Of a stretch of DNA of 64,000 nucleotides, positions 30,640-41,421 are shown piece by piece. Location of the stretch: positions 1,728,001 through 1,792,000 of the forward strand of contig OY764159.1 in the NCBI GenBank assembly GCA_963668175.1, given 5' to 3'. Every line of letters begins with the position of its first letter. The first letter of the stretch is position 1. Position numbers and translations under genes: made by a program. This DNA comes from Syntrophales bacterium (GTDB lineage Bacteria > Desulfobacterota > Syntrophia > Syntrophales > PHBD01). Under the pieces are notes generated by a model, which saw only the letters and a list, made by a program, of their open reading frames with translations, was not told where the DNA came from and did no database searches.

Positions 30640-31404
30640 ATGAATTACGAAAACATTCAGTTCGCGGTGAGCGGGGCGACGGCCGTTTTAATGCTGAACC
30701 GTCCGAAGGCGATGAACGCCCTGAACCGCGCGCTTGTGGACGAACTGGACCATGCCGTGGACCGGATCGCGAACGACCCGTCCATCGCGGCGGTTGTCCT
30801 CTCGGGCGAGAAGAACTTCGCGGCGGGGGCGGACATCACGTCGATGGTGGAGATGGACCCGGAAGCGGCGAAGGCGTTTGCCTTCACGCCGGCGTATCAG
30901 AAGATCGAAGACCTGGCAAAGCCGACGATTGCCGCGATATCGGGCTTCGCCCTGGGGGGCGGCCTGGAGCTGGCCCTGGCGTGCGACATCCGGATCGCCG
31001 GTCCCGATGCGAAGCTTGCCTTCCCCGAGATCAATATAGGGATATTCCCCGGCGCCGGGGGGACGCAGCGTCTGCCCCGGCTGGTGGGACCCGCCCGGGC
31101 AAAGGAGCTGATCTTCCTGGGGACGACGCTCGACGCCCAGAAGGCGCTCGAATACGGTCTCGTGAACAGCATCGCGGACGATCCGCTGGATGCGGCCATG
31201 AAGATGGCGTTGAAGCTGGCGGGGAAGCCCGCCGTGGCCCTGGCGCGCGCGAAGGAATGCATCAACATCGCCTCGGAGTCGGGCCTTAAGGCGGGACTGA
31301 AAGCCGAGGCGGAGAAATGGGGCAGCCTCTTTACGACGGCGGACCAGAAGGAAGGCATGCGGGCCTTCCTGGAGAAGAGGAAACCGGTCTACACGGGCCG
31401 ATAA
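30640..31404 (+). CDS. crt: Enoyl-CoA hydratase (crotonase)
   Basis: LNRPKAMNAL, FAAGADI, ALGGGLELALACD, PEINIGIFPGAGGTQRL. Confidence 0.9.
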   Translation: MNYENIQFAVSGATAVLMLNRPKAMNALNRALVDELDHAVDRIANDPSIAAVVLSGEKNFAAGADITSMVEMDPEAAKAFAFTPAYQKIEDLAKPTIAAISGFALGGGLELALACDIRIAGPDAKLAFPEINIGIFPGAGGTQRLPRLVGPARAKELIFLGTTLDAQKALEYGLVNSIADDPLDAAMKMALKLAGKPAVALARAKECINIASESGLKAGLKAEAEKWGSLFTTADQKEGMRAFLEKRKPVYTGR

Positions 31405-31422
31405 CACACAGAAGGAGCAGTT

Positions 31423-32604
31423 ATGAGAGACGTGGTCATTATCGGCGGTGCGAGAACCGCCATTGGAAACTATATGGGATCGCTGGCGGGGTTCAACTCC
31501 GTCGCGCTGGGCATCTTTGCGCTGAAAGGCGCCCTTGAGAAGACGGGGGTGGCCATGGGCGACCTGGAGTGCCTCGTTGCTGGTCACGTGAACCAGGCGG
31601 GTGCGCCGGGGAACTCGGCCAGACACATCGCCATGCGGGCGGGCCTGCCGATTACGTCCTACGCCTACACGGTGCACCAGCAGTGCGCATCGTCCATGCG
31701 TGCGGCGGAGTGCCTGTCCCAGGACATCATGCTGGGGAAGTACGACGTGGGCGTCGTGGTGGGCATCGAGTCCATGAGCACGGCGCCGTATCTCCTGATG
31801 GGCGCCCGGAAGGGATACCGCCTCGGGGATGCGGAAAAGGTGCAGGACAGCCTCATGATCGGGGGCCTGGTCGACGATCTTCTGGGTTATCACATGGGGA
31901 TCACGGCGGAGAACATCGCGGCCGATTACGGGATCACGCGTGAAGAGCAGGACGAGTTTGCCCTCATGAGCAACATGCGGGCGTGCAAGGCGATCCAGGA
32001 GGGGTGGTTCAAGGACGAGATCGTCCCGGTGGAGATCAAGACGAAGAAGGGGATATCCGTCTTCGATACGGACGAGCATCCGCAGGCGAACACGTCGATG
32101 GAGGCGTTGGCGAAGCTGAAGCCCGCCTTCAAGAAGGACGGGACGGTGACGGCGGGGAACGCCTCCGGACTGAACGACGCGGGATCGGCCCTGATCATGA
32201 TGTCGGCGGAAGCGGCGAAGGCGAAGGGCTTCAAGCCTGTCGCCAGGGTCGTCGCCTCCTCCCCCGGTTCGGTGGAGCCCCGGATCATGGGCATGGGTGT
32301 GGTTCCCGCGGTGCGTAACGCCCTGAAGTTCGCGGGGCTTTCGCAGGACCGGATCGATTACTGGGAGCTGAACGAGGCGTTTGCGGCGCAGGTTTTGGGA
32401 GTGAACCGCGAGTTGAAGATCGGCCTGGACCGCGTGAATGCCGTGGGCTCGGGGATCGGCCTGGGTCATCCGGTGGGTGCGACGGGCGCGCGTCTCATCA
32501 TCACCATGATCAACGAGATGAAGCGCCGGGGCGTGAGATACGGCTGCGCCTCCCTGTGCGCAAGCGGCGGACCCGCCCATGCGTTTATCGTCGAATCTAT
32601 CTAA
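31423..32604 (+). CDS. Acetyl-CoA acetyltransferase (thiolase)
   Basis: QQCASS (catalytic Cys), NEAFAA, GHPVGATG, SLCASGG. Confidence 0.93.
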   Translation: MRDVVIIGGARTAIGNYMGSLAGFNSVALGIFALKGALEKTGVAMGDLECLVAGHVNQAGAPGNSARHIAMRAGLPITSYAYTVHQQCASSMRAAECLSQDIMLGKYDVGVVVGIESMSTAPYLLMGARKGYRLGDAEKVQDSLMIGGLVDDLLGYHMGITAENIAADYGITREEQDEFALMSNMRACKAIQEGWFKDEIVPVEIKTKKGISVFDTDEHPQANTSMEALAKLKPAFKKDGTVTAGNASGLNDAGSALIMMSAEAAKAKGFKPVARVVASSPGSVEPRIMGMGVVPAVRNALKFAGLSQDRIDYWELNEAFAAQVLGVNRELKIGLDRVNAVGSGIGLGHPVGATGARLIITMINEMKRRGVRYGCASLCASGGPAHAFIVESI

Positions 32605-32641
32605 CGCAGCGATTGCGAAACCATATAATGGAGAAGAGAAT

Positions 32642-33778
32642 ATGAATTTTCAAGTATCTGAAGAACACGAAGCCTTAAGGACCATGGCCCATAAATTTTC
32701 TGAACAGGAGATATTGCCCGTTATCCTGGAATACGATGAGAAAGGGGAGTTTCCCTGGCCCATCGTCAATAAAATGCACGAAGTCGGCCTGCTGACCGCC
32801 GGTGTGCCGGAAGAGTATGGTGGACCCGGTATCGACATGCTGGGCCAGATTATCGTCACGGAAGAGATCGCCTACGGCTGCGGCGGCTGCGCCGCGACCA
32901 TGGCGGCAAGCAGCCTGCTGTCGCCTGAGCCGGTCGTCGTCGGCGGCACCCCGGAACAGAAGAAGATGTACTTCGACGTCCTGAACGAAGGCAAGCTGGG
33001 CGCCTTCTGCCTCACCGAACCGGGAGCGGGTTCCGATGTCGCGGGGCTTTCGATGACGGCCAAGCGCGACGGCGACTACTACATACTGAACGGCACGAAA
33101 CAGTTCATTACGAACGGCGGCGTAGCCGACATATACACTGTCTTCGCCACCACGGACAAGAACCTCCGTTTCAAGGGAATCGTCGGCTTCATCGTTGACC
33201 GCAAAACTCCCGGCGTCTCCGTCGGACCGGAAGAAAAGAAGATGGGCATCTGCACCTCCGATACCCGCCAGGTGATCTTTGAGGATGTACGCGTACCCGT
33301 TGCCAACCGGCTCGGCGAGGAGGGCAAGGGGTTCGGCGTCTGCATGCAGGCCCTCGACCTCTCCCGCCCCTCCGTGGCGGCGGAGGCCATCGGCATCGCC
33401 CTCCGGGCCTTCGAGATTGCGGTGAAGTATTCCCAGGAGAGGACGGCCTTCGGGCAACCCATCGCAAGCCTCCAGGCTATCCGTTTTATGCTTGCGGACA
33501 TGGCCATGAGCATCGAAGCGGCGAGACTTCTCACTTATAAGGCCTGCTGCCTCGCCATGGCCAAACAGCCGTTCAATTATATGGCATCTTATGCCAAGTG
33601 CTTCGCCGCCGATATGGCGATGAAGGTCACGACCGACGTTGTCCAGATCCTGGGCGGCTACGGATATCTGAGGGAATATGGCGCGGAAAAATGCATGCGG
33701 GATGCGAAAGTCATGCAGATCTACGAAGGCACGAACCAGATCCAGCGCGTCGTGATCGCCAACCACATCTACAAATAG
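32642..33778 (+). CDS. Short-chain (butyryl-CoA-type) acyl-CoA dehydrogenase
   Basis: FCLTEPGAGSD, NGTKQFITNG, GGYGY, QIYEGTNQIQR. Confidence 0.9.
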   Translation: MNFQVSEEHEALRTMAHKFSEQEILPVILEYDEKGEFPWPIVNKMHEVGLLTAGVPEEYGGPGIDMLGQIIVTEEIAYGCGGCAATMAASSLLSPEPVVVGGTPEQKKMYFDVLNEGKLGAFCLTEPGAGSDVAGLSMTAKRDGDYYILNGTKQFITNGGVADIYTVFATTDKNLRFKGIVGFIVDRKTPGVSVGPEEKKMGICTSDTRQVIFEDVRVPVANRLGEEGKGFGVCMQALDLSRPSVAAEAIGIALRAFEIAVKYSQERTAFGQPIASLQAIRFMLADMAMSIEAARLLTYKACCLAMAKQPFNYMASYAKCFAADMAMKVTTDVVQILGGYGYLREYGAEKCMRDAKVMQIYEGTNQIQRVVIANHIYK

Positions 33779-33796
33779 AAGCGGCCGGAGGCACAT

Positions 33797-35131
33797 ATGA
33801 ACTTCAAGGAAGAGTATCAGCGAAAGCTGGTAACAGCGGAGGAAGCGGTCAAGGCCGTGAAATCCGGCGATTGGGTGGATTACGGGTCCTTCGCCGGCCA
33901 GACGGTCCTTCTTGACCGGGCCCTGGCCAAACGCCGGGACGAACTGACCGACGTAAAACTCCGCGGCACGCTGCGAATGGTGATGCCGGAAGTTGTCAGG
34001 GAGGACCCGACGACGGAACACTTCTGCTTCAACAGCACCCACTTCAGCGGGCTGGAACGGAAGCTGGGCGACGACAATTTATGCTGGTATCTGCCGGTCC
34101 TGTATCATGAACAACCTCGGTATTACAGGGAAAACATCCCAACGGATGTCCTTCTCCTTACCGTGGCGCCTATGGACGAATGGGGTTATTTCAATTTCGG
34201 ACCCCAGGTCTCGTGCACCATGGCCCTGTGTGAGTCGGCAAAAACGATCATCTGCGAAGTGAATCCGAATGTTCCCCGTTGCGGAGGGGGTTCGCAGGAA
34301 GCCATCCACATTTCGCAGGTCGACTACATCGTCGAGGCAGATTGGCCCCTCAGCGAGTTGCCGAACATCATACCCAGCGATACGGACCGGCAGATTGCCG
34401 GTCTCATTATGGAACACATCGAGGACGGCAGTTGCCTTCAACTCGGCATCGGCGGCATGCCCAACGCCGTCGGCGCCATGATTGCCGAATCGAACCTGAA
34501 GGACCTGGGCATCCATACGGAGATGTTCGTCGACTCCTTTGTCCAAATGGTCGAATCGGGGCGCGTCACAGGAGCGAAGAAAAACGTCGACAAGTACAAG
34601 ATCGTCTGTACCTTCGCCCTGGGCTCGAAGAAAACTTATGATTTCGTTAACAACAATCCACGGATTGCGTTTTATCCGGTGGACTACACCAACGACCCTT
34701 TCATCATAGCTCAGAACGATAAGGTCGTGGCCATCAATAACTGCGTAGAAGTCGATCTTACAGGACAGGTCTGTTCCGAGTCATCGGGCGTAAGGCAAAT
34801 CAGCGGCACGGGCGGACAGTTCGACTTTACCTACGGAGCCTATCGCTCCCGTGGAGGGAAGTCGTTCCTCTGTCTCGCATCGACTTACACCAAGAAAGGA
34901 GGAATGAAATCCCGGATAAAGCCGGTTCTCACGACCGGCGCCACCGTAACCGTGCCAAGAACGGCTGTGCAGTACCTGGTTACTGAGTACGGCGCCGTTA
35001 ACCTCAAAGGGAAAACCACGTGGGAACGGGCCGAGGCTATTATTTCCATCGCGCATCCCGACTTTCGCGAGGAACTTATTCAGGGTGCCCGGGAAATGGG
35101 GATATGGCGAAAGAGCAATAAAATAATTTGA
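33797..35131 (+). CDS. Acetyl-CoA hydrolase/transferase family CoA-transferase (butyrate or 4-hydroxybutyrate type)
   Basis: [42 protein letters not shown]. Confidence 0.9.
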   Translation: MNFKEEYQRKLVTAEEAVKAVKSGDWVDYGSFAGQTVLLDRALAKRRDELTDVKLRGTLRMVMPEVVREDPTTEHFCFNSTHFSGLERKLGDDNLCWYLPVLYHEQPRYYRENIPTDVLLLTVAPMDEWGYFNFGPQVSCTMALCESAKTIICEVNPNVPRCGGGSQEAIHISQVDYIVEADWPLSELPNIIPSDTDRQIAGLIMEHIEDGSCLQLGIGGMPNAVGAMIAESNLKDLGIHTEMFVDSFVQMVESGRVTGAKKNVDKYKIVCTFALGSKKTYDFVNNNPRIAFYPVDYTNDPFIIAQNDKVVAINNCVEVDLTGQVCSESSGVRQISGTGGQFDFTYGAYRSRGGKSFLCLASTYTKKGGMKSRIKPVLTTGATVTVPRTAVQYLVTEYGAVNLKGKTTWERAEAIISIAHPDFREELIQGAREMGIWRKSNKII

Positions 35132-35153
35132 TTTTAAAAGTGAGGGAAAGGGG

Positions 35154-36455
35154 ATGACTGGTATGGATAGCAGTGTCAAGAAAATCGAAAAACCGGCCTC
35201 AAACTACCGTTTCATGGCCGTCTTCCTGGCCTCAATGGCCATCATCATCAACTACGTCGACCGGGTGAACTTCGGCGTGGCGACACCGGCCATGATGAAA
35301 GAATTCGGCCTGACGGCTTCCCAGATGGGCGTGCTGATGTCGGCGTTCTTCTGGCCGTACGCCCTGATGTTTATCCCGGCGGGCGCACTCCTAAACAAAT
35401 ACGGATCAAAAAAGGTCATGGGCTTTGCCCTGTTGCTCTGGGGCGGAGCCACCATGCTCACGGGCGCTGTCAAGGGATTCACCCATATGATCTTCGTTCG
35501 TATCCTGCTGGGTGTCGCCGAAGCGCCCGGTTTCCCGGCGGCGACACGCGTCGTTTCCGTCTGGATACCCTTGCGGGAGCGGACATTCGCCTCCGCGTGC
35601 TTCGATACATGCGCGCGTGTAGGCAATGCCTTCACGCCTCCCTTCGTGGCCTGGATCATCGCCACGTGGGGCTGGCGCATGTCCTTCGTCGTTACGGGCG
35701 GTCTGGCGCTTCTCTTCTGCGCCTGGTGGTTTGCCTCCTATAAGGAGCCGGACGACCACCCGAAAGTCTCCGAATCGGAGCTTGCCTATATCCGCCAGGA
35801 CGAAGTCGTCCAGGACGGCAAGGTCGTTTCCGTGCCCGTCCCCATGGTGAAGCTGGTCACCTATCCCACCATCGTGAAGGCCGCCATCGGTTACGCCGCC
35901 TATCTTTATGTGTGGAATGTCTTCACCTACTGGCTTCCCGCCTACCTGATGCTCGCCAAGGGTTTCAGCCTCAAGAGCATGGGATTCGCGTCGATGATTC
36001 CCTATATCTTCGCCGTCATCTTTGAGTTGATCGGCGGCGTCGTCTTCGACCGGTGGTACCGGCGGGGCGCCTCCCACACGGTCCTGCGCAGGACCGGCAT
36101 GGGTATCAGCATGATCGGTGCAGCCGTTTTCATCTTCCTGACCACGCAGGCGGAAACGCCTTTCATGATGGTCTTCTGGCTTACCTGCTACTGCACCATC
36201 TCGGGCTTCGGGGCCAGCAATGTCCAGGCAATTCCGTCGGACCTGGCGCCTTACGGACAGGCGGGAGGCGTGGCCGGTTTCATCGGCTTCGTCGGCAACA
36301 TCGGCGCGCTTGTGGCACCGATGATCACCGGCTTCATGGTCGATTCGCATTACGGTTACACGGGCGCCTTCATCCTGGCGGCGATTGTCTGCCTGGTCAG
36401 TGCCACGTTCTATATCTTCAACTCGTATGACCGTGTGCAGCCGAAAACAGCCTAG
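35154..36455 (+). CDS. MFS transporter (anion:cation symporter-like)
   Basis: INYVDRVN, RILLGVAEAPGFP, about 12 TM segments. Confidence 0.9.
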   Translation: MTGMDSSVKKIEKPASNYRFMAVFLASMAIIINYVDRVNFGVATPAMMKEFGLTASQMGVLMSAFFWPYALMFIPAGALLNKYGSKKVMGFALLLWGGATMLTGAVKGFTHMIFVRILLGVAEAPGFPAATRVVSVWIPLRERTFASACFDTCARVGNAFTPPFVAWIIATWGWRMSFVVTGGLALLFCAWWFASYKEPDDHPKVSESELAYIRQDEVVQDGKVVSVPVPMVKLVTYPTIVKAAIGYAAYLYVWNVFTYWLPAYLMLAKGFSLKSMGFASMIPYIFAVIFELIGGVVFDRWYRRGASHTVLRRTGMGISMIGAAVFIFLTTQAETPFMMVFWLTCYCTISGFGASNVQAIPSDLAPYGQAGGVAGFIGFVGNIGALVAPMITGFMVDSHYGYTGAFILAAIVCLVSATFYIFNSYDRVQPKTA

Positions 36456-36577
36456 AATAGGAGTTAAGAACCTACGGAACGGACGGCAGATACAGCCAGG
36501 ACCTTTTAGAACGGGGTGCTTGATATCTGCCGTCCGTCCTACCGTCCGACAAGGAACAGACATCAGAGGATTTGACC

Positions 36578-37105
36578 ATGGATATGACAGATTCTTACAT
36601 CATCGCCGCCATCATTACGGTATCCGTTTTTCTGGTCTGGTTTTACATCCGCGGGGCCCGGAAGTGGAATGCCTTGGCGCAGGCGGAACAGGAAATCGTC
36701 TCGTCGGATCGCGACGCCGTCATCGTTAAGGGAATTGCCTACCACGGGGGCTTCCCGGCCATCCCGAAGCCGACGCGGCTGACCTTGGGACTCTGTCGCG
36801 AAGGTGTTACCCTCTCTTCCATCGATGGGCGTCAAGGAAACATACCCTTCGCAGACTTCCATAAGATCGATAAATTCAGCACCTTGCGGAAGCAGGGCAA
36901 AAGGCAGAGCATGTTTTTCTGGGCACCCGTTGCTCTTCTGTTCGTCCGGGAAAAAACGAGGCACTTCGTCACGATCAAATACACGGATGTCGATCGGGAC
37001 ATTAACCACGTAGTCCTGGAAACAAAGGACGAGACAGAACTCGACCGGCTATACCGATTCCTCGACCAGGGCTGGCATGGATTCAAGGCGTACCGTCCGG
37101 TGTAA
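36578..37105 (+). CDS. Hypothetical membrane-anchored protein
   Basis: N-terminal TM helix; GAGGA RBS. Confidence 0.6.
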   Translation: MDMTDSYIIAAIITVSVFLVWFYIRGARKWNALAQAEQEIVSSDRDAVIVKGIAYHGGFPAIPKPTRLTLGLCREGVTLSSIDGRQGNIPFADFHKIDKFSTLRKQGKRQSMFFWAPVALLFVREKTRHFVTIKYTDVDRDINHVVLETKDETELDRLYRFLDQGWHGFKAYRPV

Positions 37106-37144
37106 ACATGGCGACAAAAGATTTCAAAAGAAAGGAGCAAACAT

Positions 37145-37594
37145 ATGTTTTCGACCGACCGGATTCTGGTTCCTACTGATTTCTCCAGTCACTCGAACAT
37201 GGCATTAAAGAAGGCGGTTGATATCGCCTCCCAGTTCAACGCAAAGATATATCTCCTCCATGTCATAGACGATCATCTGTTCGAGTTCGGCTCCGATGTA
37301 GGTCTCGGTATGGAAGAGAACAGGGCAACAATCATCGGGGATACGATGACATATGCCAGAAACCTCATGAAGGAGAAAGTGGCGTCCATGAAGGATGCTA
37401 AAGGTATCATCGTGGACATCGATGTTGTAACCGGAAATCCTGCCGAGACAATCCTTACCGAAGAAAAGGAACGTAAAATCGATCTTATTGTCATCGGCGC
37501 CCATGGCCGTACCGGCATCTTGCATCAGCTTCTCGGGGGCGTCGCCGACAAGGTCGTACGTCGCGCAACGAACCCGGTTTTCGTCGTCAAATAA
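37145..37594 (+). CDS. Universal stress protein
   Basis: ILVPTDFS, LLHVI, DLIVIGAHGRTG, GGVADKVVRRA. Confidence 0.92.
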   Translation: MFSTDRILVPTDFSSHSNMALKKAVDIASQFNAKIYLLHVIDDHLFEFGSDVGLGMEENRATIIGDTMTYARNLMKEKVASMKDAKGIIVDIDVVTGNPAETILTEEKERKIDLIVIGAHGRTGILHQLLGGVADKVVRRATNPVFVVK

Positions 37595-37675
37595 TACGGT
37601 CTGCGATTGCAATTCGCCACCGTTACCATATGCACCTCGGGGGAAGACACTTACATCAACAAAGGAGAATTTGAT

Positions 37676-39127
37676 ATGGCACTCAAGACGCCTGAAGAGT
37701 ACGAAGCAAGTCTGCGAAAAATGAACATGAAGATCTACCTGATGGGCGAGCGGGTGAAGGACCCGGTGGACCATCCCATCATCCGGCCTTCGATGAACTC
37801 CGTGAAGAAGACCTACGAGCTGGCCCTGGACCCGTCCTGCGAGGACCTGATGACGGCGACGTCGTCGCTGACGGGGAAGAAGATCAACCGCTTCTGCCAT
37901 CTGCACCAGAACACGGACGACCTGATCAGGAAGGTGAAGATGCAGCGTCTGCTGGGCCAGCAGACGGCGGCGTGCTTCCAGCGGTGCGTCGGCATGGACG
38001 CGATCAACGCCGTGGACTCGACGACCTTCGAAATGGACCAGAAGCTGGGGACGGAATACCACAAGCGCTTCCGGAACTTTCTCCTCAGGATGCAGGAGGA
38101 GGATTGGACGGTGGACGGCGCCATGACGGACGTGAAGGGCGACCGCGGTCTGGCTCCGCACCAGCAGGCGGACCCGGACCTCTTTGTCCGGGTGGTGGAG
38201 AAGAATGACAGGGGGATCGTGGTGCGCGGGGCGAAGGCGCACCAGACGGGTGCGGTGAACTCGCACTGGGTTCTCGTGATGCCGACGATCGCCATGGGGA
38301 AGGACGATGCGGACTATGCGGTGGCGTTTGTCGCCCCGGCGGACGCGGAGGGCATCTTCTACATCTACGGGCGGCAGTCCTGCGATACGCGGAAGCTGGA
38401 AGGCGGGACGATCGACGTGGGCAACGCGACCTACGGGGGTCACGAGGCGCTGATCGTCTTCGAGGACGTGTTCGTTCCGTGGGAGAACGTGCTCATGTGC
38501 GGGGAGTGGCAGTACAGCGGGCTGCTGGTGGAGCGATTCGCCGGTTATCACCGTCAGAGCTACGGGGGCTGCAAGGTCGGCGTGGGCGACGTTTTGATCG
38601 GGGCGGCGGCGGTTGCTGCGGACTATAACGGCGCGGCGAAGGCGTCGCATGTGAAGGACAAGCTGATCGAGATGATGCACCTGAACGAGACGCTGTATTC
38701 GTGCGGGATCGCCTGTTCGTCGCAGGGGAGCAAGACGGCGTCGGGGACGTACCTGATCGACCTTCTGCTTGCGAACGTGTGCAAACAGAACGTGACGCGC
38801 TACCCGTACGAGATTGCGCGGCTGGCCCAGGACATTGCGGGTGGCCTCATGGTGACGATGGCGTCCGAGCGCGATCTGAAGCACCCGGAGATCGGGAAGG
38901 TGCTGGAGAAGTACATGAAGGGCAACGCAAGCGTGCCGGTGGAGAACCGCTGCCGGATGATGCGCCTGGTGGAGAACCTGACGCTGGGAACGGCGGCGGT
39001 GGGCTATCTGACGGAATCGATGCACGGGGCGGGTTCGCCTCAGGCGCAGCGCATCATGATCGCCCGCCAGGGCAACCTGGAACACAAGAAGAAGCTCGCC
39101 GAGAAGATCGCCGGGGTCAAGGAATAG
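37676..39127 (+). CDS. abfD: 4-hydroxybutyryl-CoA dehydratase/vinylacetyl-CoA isomerase
   Basis: CFQRCVGMD, GAMTDVKGDR, GAKAHQTG, HRQSYGGCKVG, ESMHGAGSPQAQ (Fe-S ligand motifs of AbfD). Confidence 0.92.
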   Translation: MALKTPEEYEASLRKMNMKIYLMGERVKDPVDHPIIRPSMNSVKKTYELALDPSCEDLMTATSSLTGKKINRFCHLHQNTDDLIRKVKMQRLLGQQTAACFQRCVGMDAINAVDSTTFEMDQKLGTEYHKRFRNFLLRMQEEDWTVDGAMTDVKGDRGLAPHQQADPDLFVRVVEKNDRGIVVRGAKAHQTGAVNSHWVLVMPTIAMGKDDADYAVAFVAPADAEGIFYIYGRQSCDTRKLEGGTIDVGNATYGGHEALIVFEDVFVPWENVLMCGEWQYSGLLVERFAGYHRQSYGGCKVGVGDVLIGAAAVAADYNGAAKASHVKDKLIEMMHLNETLYSCGIACSSQGSKTASGTYLIDLLLANVCKQNVTRYPYEIARLAQDIAGGLMVTMASERDLKHPEIGKVLEKYMKGNASVPVENRCRMMRLVENLTLGTAAVGYLTESMHGAGSPQAQRIMIARQGNLEHKKKLAEKIAGVKE

Positions 39128-39338
39128 AAGCGGCATGACGGTCCGGTTTTCAATCAAAACCGTCAGAAATTTTCATTGCCGGCTGCATTGATGCGGAGAA
39201 TGATAGAGAGGAATGATCCATAACATAGGAAATATTCTTTTTGATCAGATATCCCCTGCCGGGATTCTTTCATGATCGCCTTATTGCTCGCGCAGAAGAG
39301 TGGGTTCTGCATGACATTAAAGATTAACGAAGCGCCGA

Positions 39339-39481
39339 CATGTGGTTATTTTATGTCGTTATATCCGCCGTGATATCAGGATATTAAAATAGCGCACATT
39401 ACTCTTAATCAGTAGGTTGTCGGTTCGATCCCGGCAGGGCTCACCAAATATCGAGGGGTTGCGAAATTCGCAACCCCTTTT
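39339..39481 (+). repeat. att junction C
   Basis: Core 39401-39446 has 1 mismatch to the tRNA 3' end; conserved left arm; right arm carries an AGGGGTTGCGAAATTCGCAACCCCT hairpin. Confidence 0.9.
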
Positions 39482-39831
39482 GATTGATTGCTGACCCATT
39501 GATTTGATATCCTCATGGGTGAAGGAGTCTGCCGTCGGACGACTCCGTTCTCCAAAGATAATGAATTGTTATCACCTGCAAGTCTCTGCAATCAGTATTT
39601 GCTGCTGACTGTTTAAAACCTTGATCTCGATCCAACCCTTTATATCGTTCCCATCTTCATTTAGACCGGTTATTATAAAATAGGAGAAGAGAGTCTGCAC
39701 GCCGGAAGGCAGATTGATTCTGATTGTTTGATATTTGTGATCGTCTATGCTATCGGAGTGACATCGACATAGCTGTAATCATTCATAAACGCTTGTCCTA
39801 ATGATCTAAAACATAAGGTGGCTCACCGGCT

Positions 39832-41421
39832 ATGAAAAAAACTTTTCCCAATATCCATCCCATCATACGCATTCTGGCGGAGGAATCCATTAACGGTCTT
39901 TTCCTGGTCAAAGAGGGGAAATTCATTTATGTCAACACGAATATAGCCCGCTACACCCAGTATACGATAAAGGAACTCATCGGGGCGAAATCCGACAGCC
40001 TGATCCATCCCGATGACAAGGACCGGGTCAAGCAGAAGGCGCGGGAAATGCTCAAGGGAGAACATAAGGTTCCCTATGCCTACCGGATCATAACGAAAAA
40101 AGGGCAGGTTCGCTGGGTCATGGAAACGGTGTCGCCCTTTCCCATCGACGGGAATCGGTTGTTGCTGGGAAATACCATGGATGTGACGGATCGCATGGAG
40201 GCGGAAGAGCGGCTCCGGACATCCGAGAATCTTTACAGGACCATCTTTGAGACGACCGGCACGGCGATGCTCATCATGGGCGAAGATACCACCGTATTGA
40301 GGGTGAATACGGAATTCGAGAAACTCTCCGGTGCGGATAAGGATTACTGGGAAGGCAAGCGGAGCTGGCGCGAGTTCGTGCACAGGAAGGATTTCCGGAG
40401 AATGTTCCGGTATCACAATGACCGTCGCAACGATCCGGACTCGGCGCCACGGATATACGAATTCCATTTTCTGGATCGCCAGGGGAATTCCCGGCAAGTC
40501 ATCATGCTCGCCTCGATGATTCCCGGAACCAGACAAAGCGTCGCGGCCCTGGTGGACATCACGGATCGCATAGAGGCAGAGCGGAAGATTCAGGCATCGG
40601 AAAATCTCTATAGGGCCATTTTCGAAACAACGGGTACGGCCATGACGATTGTGGAAGAAGATATGACTGTATCGCTTGTGAATACGGAGTTTGAAAAGCT
40701 CAGCGGCGCCGGGAGAGACTTCTGGGAGGGGAAGCACAGTTGGAAGGAGTATGTCCATGAGGGCGATCTCTATAAGATGCTCCGCTATCATCAGAACCGG
40801 CGCATTGATCCCACATCGGCGCCCCGTAACTATGAATTCCGCATCGTGGATCGGCAGGGGAATATCCATGACGTTCTCAATACGATATCGGTGATTCCGG
40901 GTACCAAGCGCAGCGTATCTTCTTACATCGACATTACGGAACGGAAGAGATCCGAGGAATCTCTAATCAGGCGCGAGGCGGAACTCAGAGAAAAAACACG
41001 CGATCTGGAGGAGCTGAATGCCGCGCTTGGGGTTCTTCTCAAGCGGAGAGAGGAAGACCGGTCCGAACTCGAGAACAACGTGATCTCGGGTTTAAATAAG
41101 CTGGTAATGCCCTGCGTCGAAAAGCTCAAGAGAAGCGCCTTGAAGAAAAGCGATATGGCTTGCCTGAATATCATGGAATCGCACCTGAAAGATATGACCT
41201 CATCCTTCGTCCGGAAGCTGTCCTCGGAACATCTGAAATTGACCCCCCGTGAACTGCAAATGGCGGGGCTGATCAAGGAAGGGAAGACGACCAAAGAGAT
41301 CGCGGAATTCATGAATCTTTCGCTTGCTACAGTGGAGACCCACCGGCAGCATATTCGCGATAAACTTGACCTGAAAAGCAAGAAGGTGAACCTGAGAACT
41401 TTCCTTTCATCCCTGTCTTGA
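39832..41421 (+). CDS. Multi-PAS domain LuxR-family regulator (paralog of 27833-29500)
   Basis: KSDSLIHPDDK, SENLYR.IFETTG twice, LTPRELQMAGLIKEGKTTKEIA HTH. Confidence 0.9.
   Translation: MKKTFPNIHPIIRILAEESINGLFLVKEGKFIYVNTNIARYTQYTIKELIGAKSDSLIHPDDKDRVKQKAREMLKGEHKVPYAYRIITKKGQVRWVMETVSPFPIDGNRLLLGNTMDVTDRMEAEERLRTSENLYRTIFETTGTAMLIMGEDTTVLRVNTEFEKLSGADKDYWEGKRSWREFVHRKDFRRMFRYHNDRRNDPDSAPRIYEFHFLDRQGNSRQVIMLASMIPGTRQSVAALVDITDRIEAERKIQASENLYRAIFETTGTAMTIVEEDMTVSLVNTEFEKLSGAGRDFWEGKHSWKEYVHEGDLYKMLRYHQNRRIDPTSAPRNYEFRIVDRQGNIHDVLNTISVIPGTKRSVSSYIDITERKRSEESLIRREAELREKTRDLEELNAALGVLLKRREEDRSELENNVISGLNKLVMPCVEKLKRSALKKSDMACLNIMESHLKDMTSSFVRKLSSEHLKLTPRELQMAGLIKEGKTTKEIAEFMNLSLATVETHRQHIRDKLDLKSKKVNLRTFLSSLS

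Larger units (their letters stand above)
27345..39446. mobile_element. Integrated module 2 (4-hydroxybutyrate/crotonate catabolic cassette, no integrase)
   Basis: Flanked by tRNA-Lys 3' repeats at 27299 and 39401. Confidence 0.75.
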
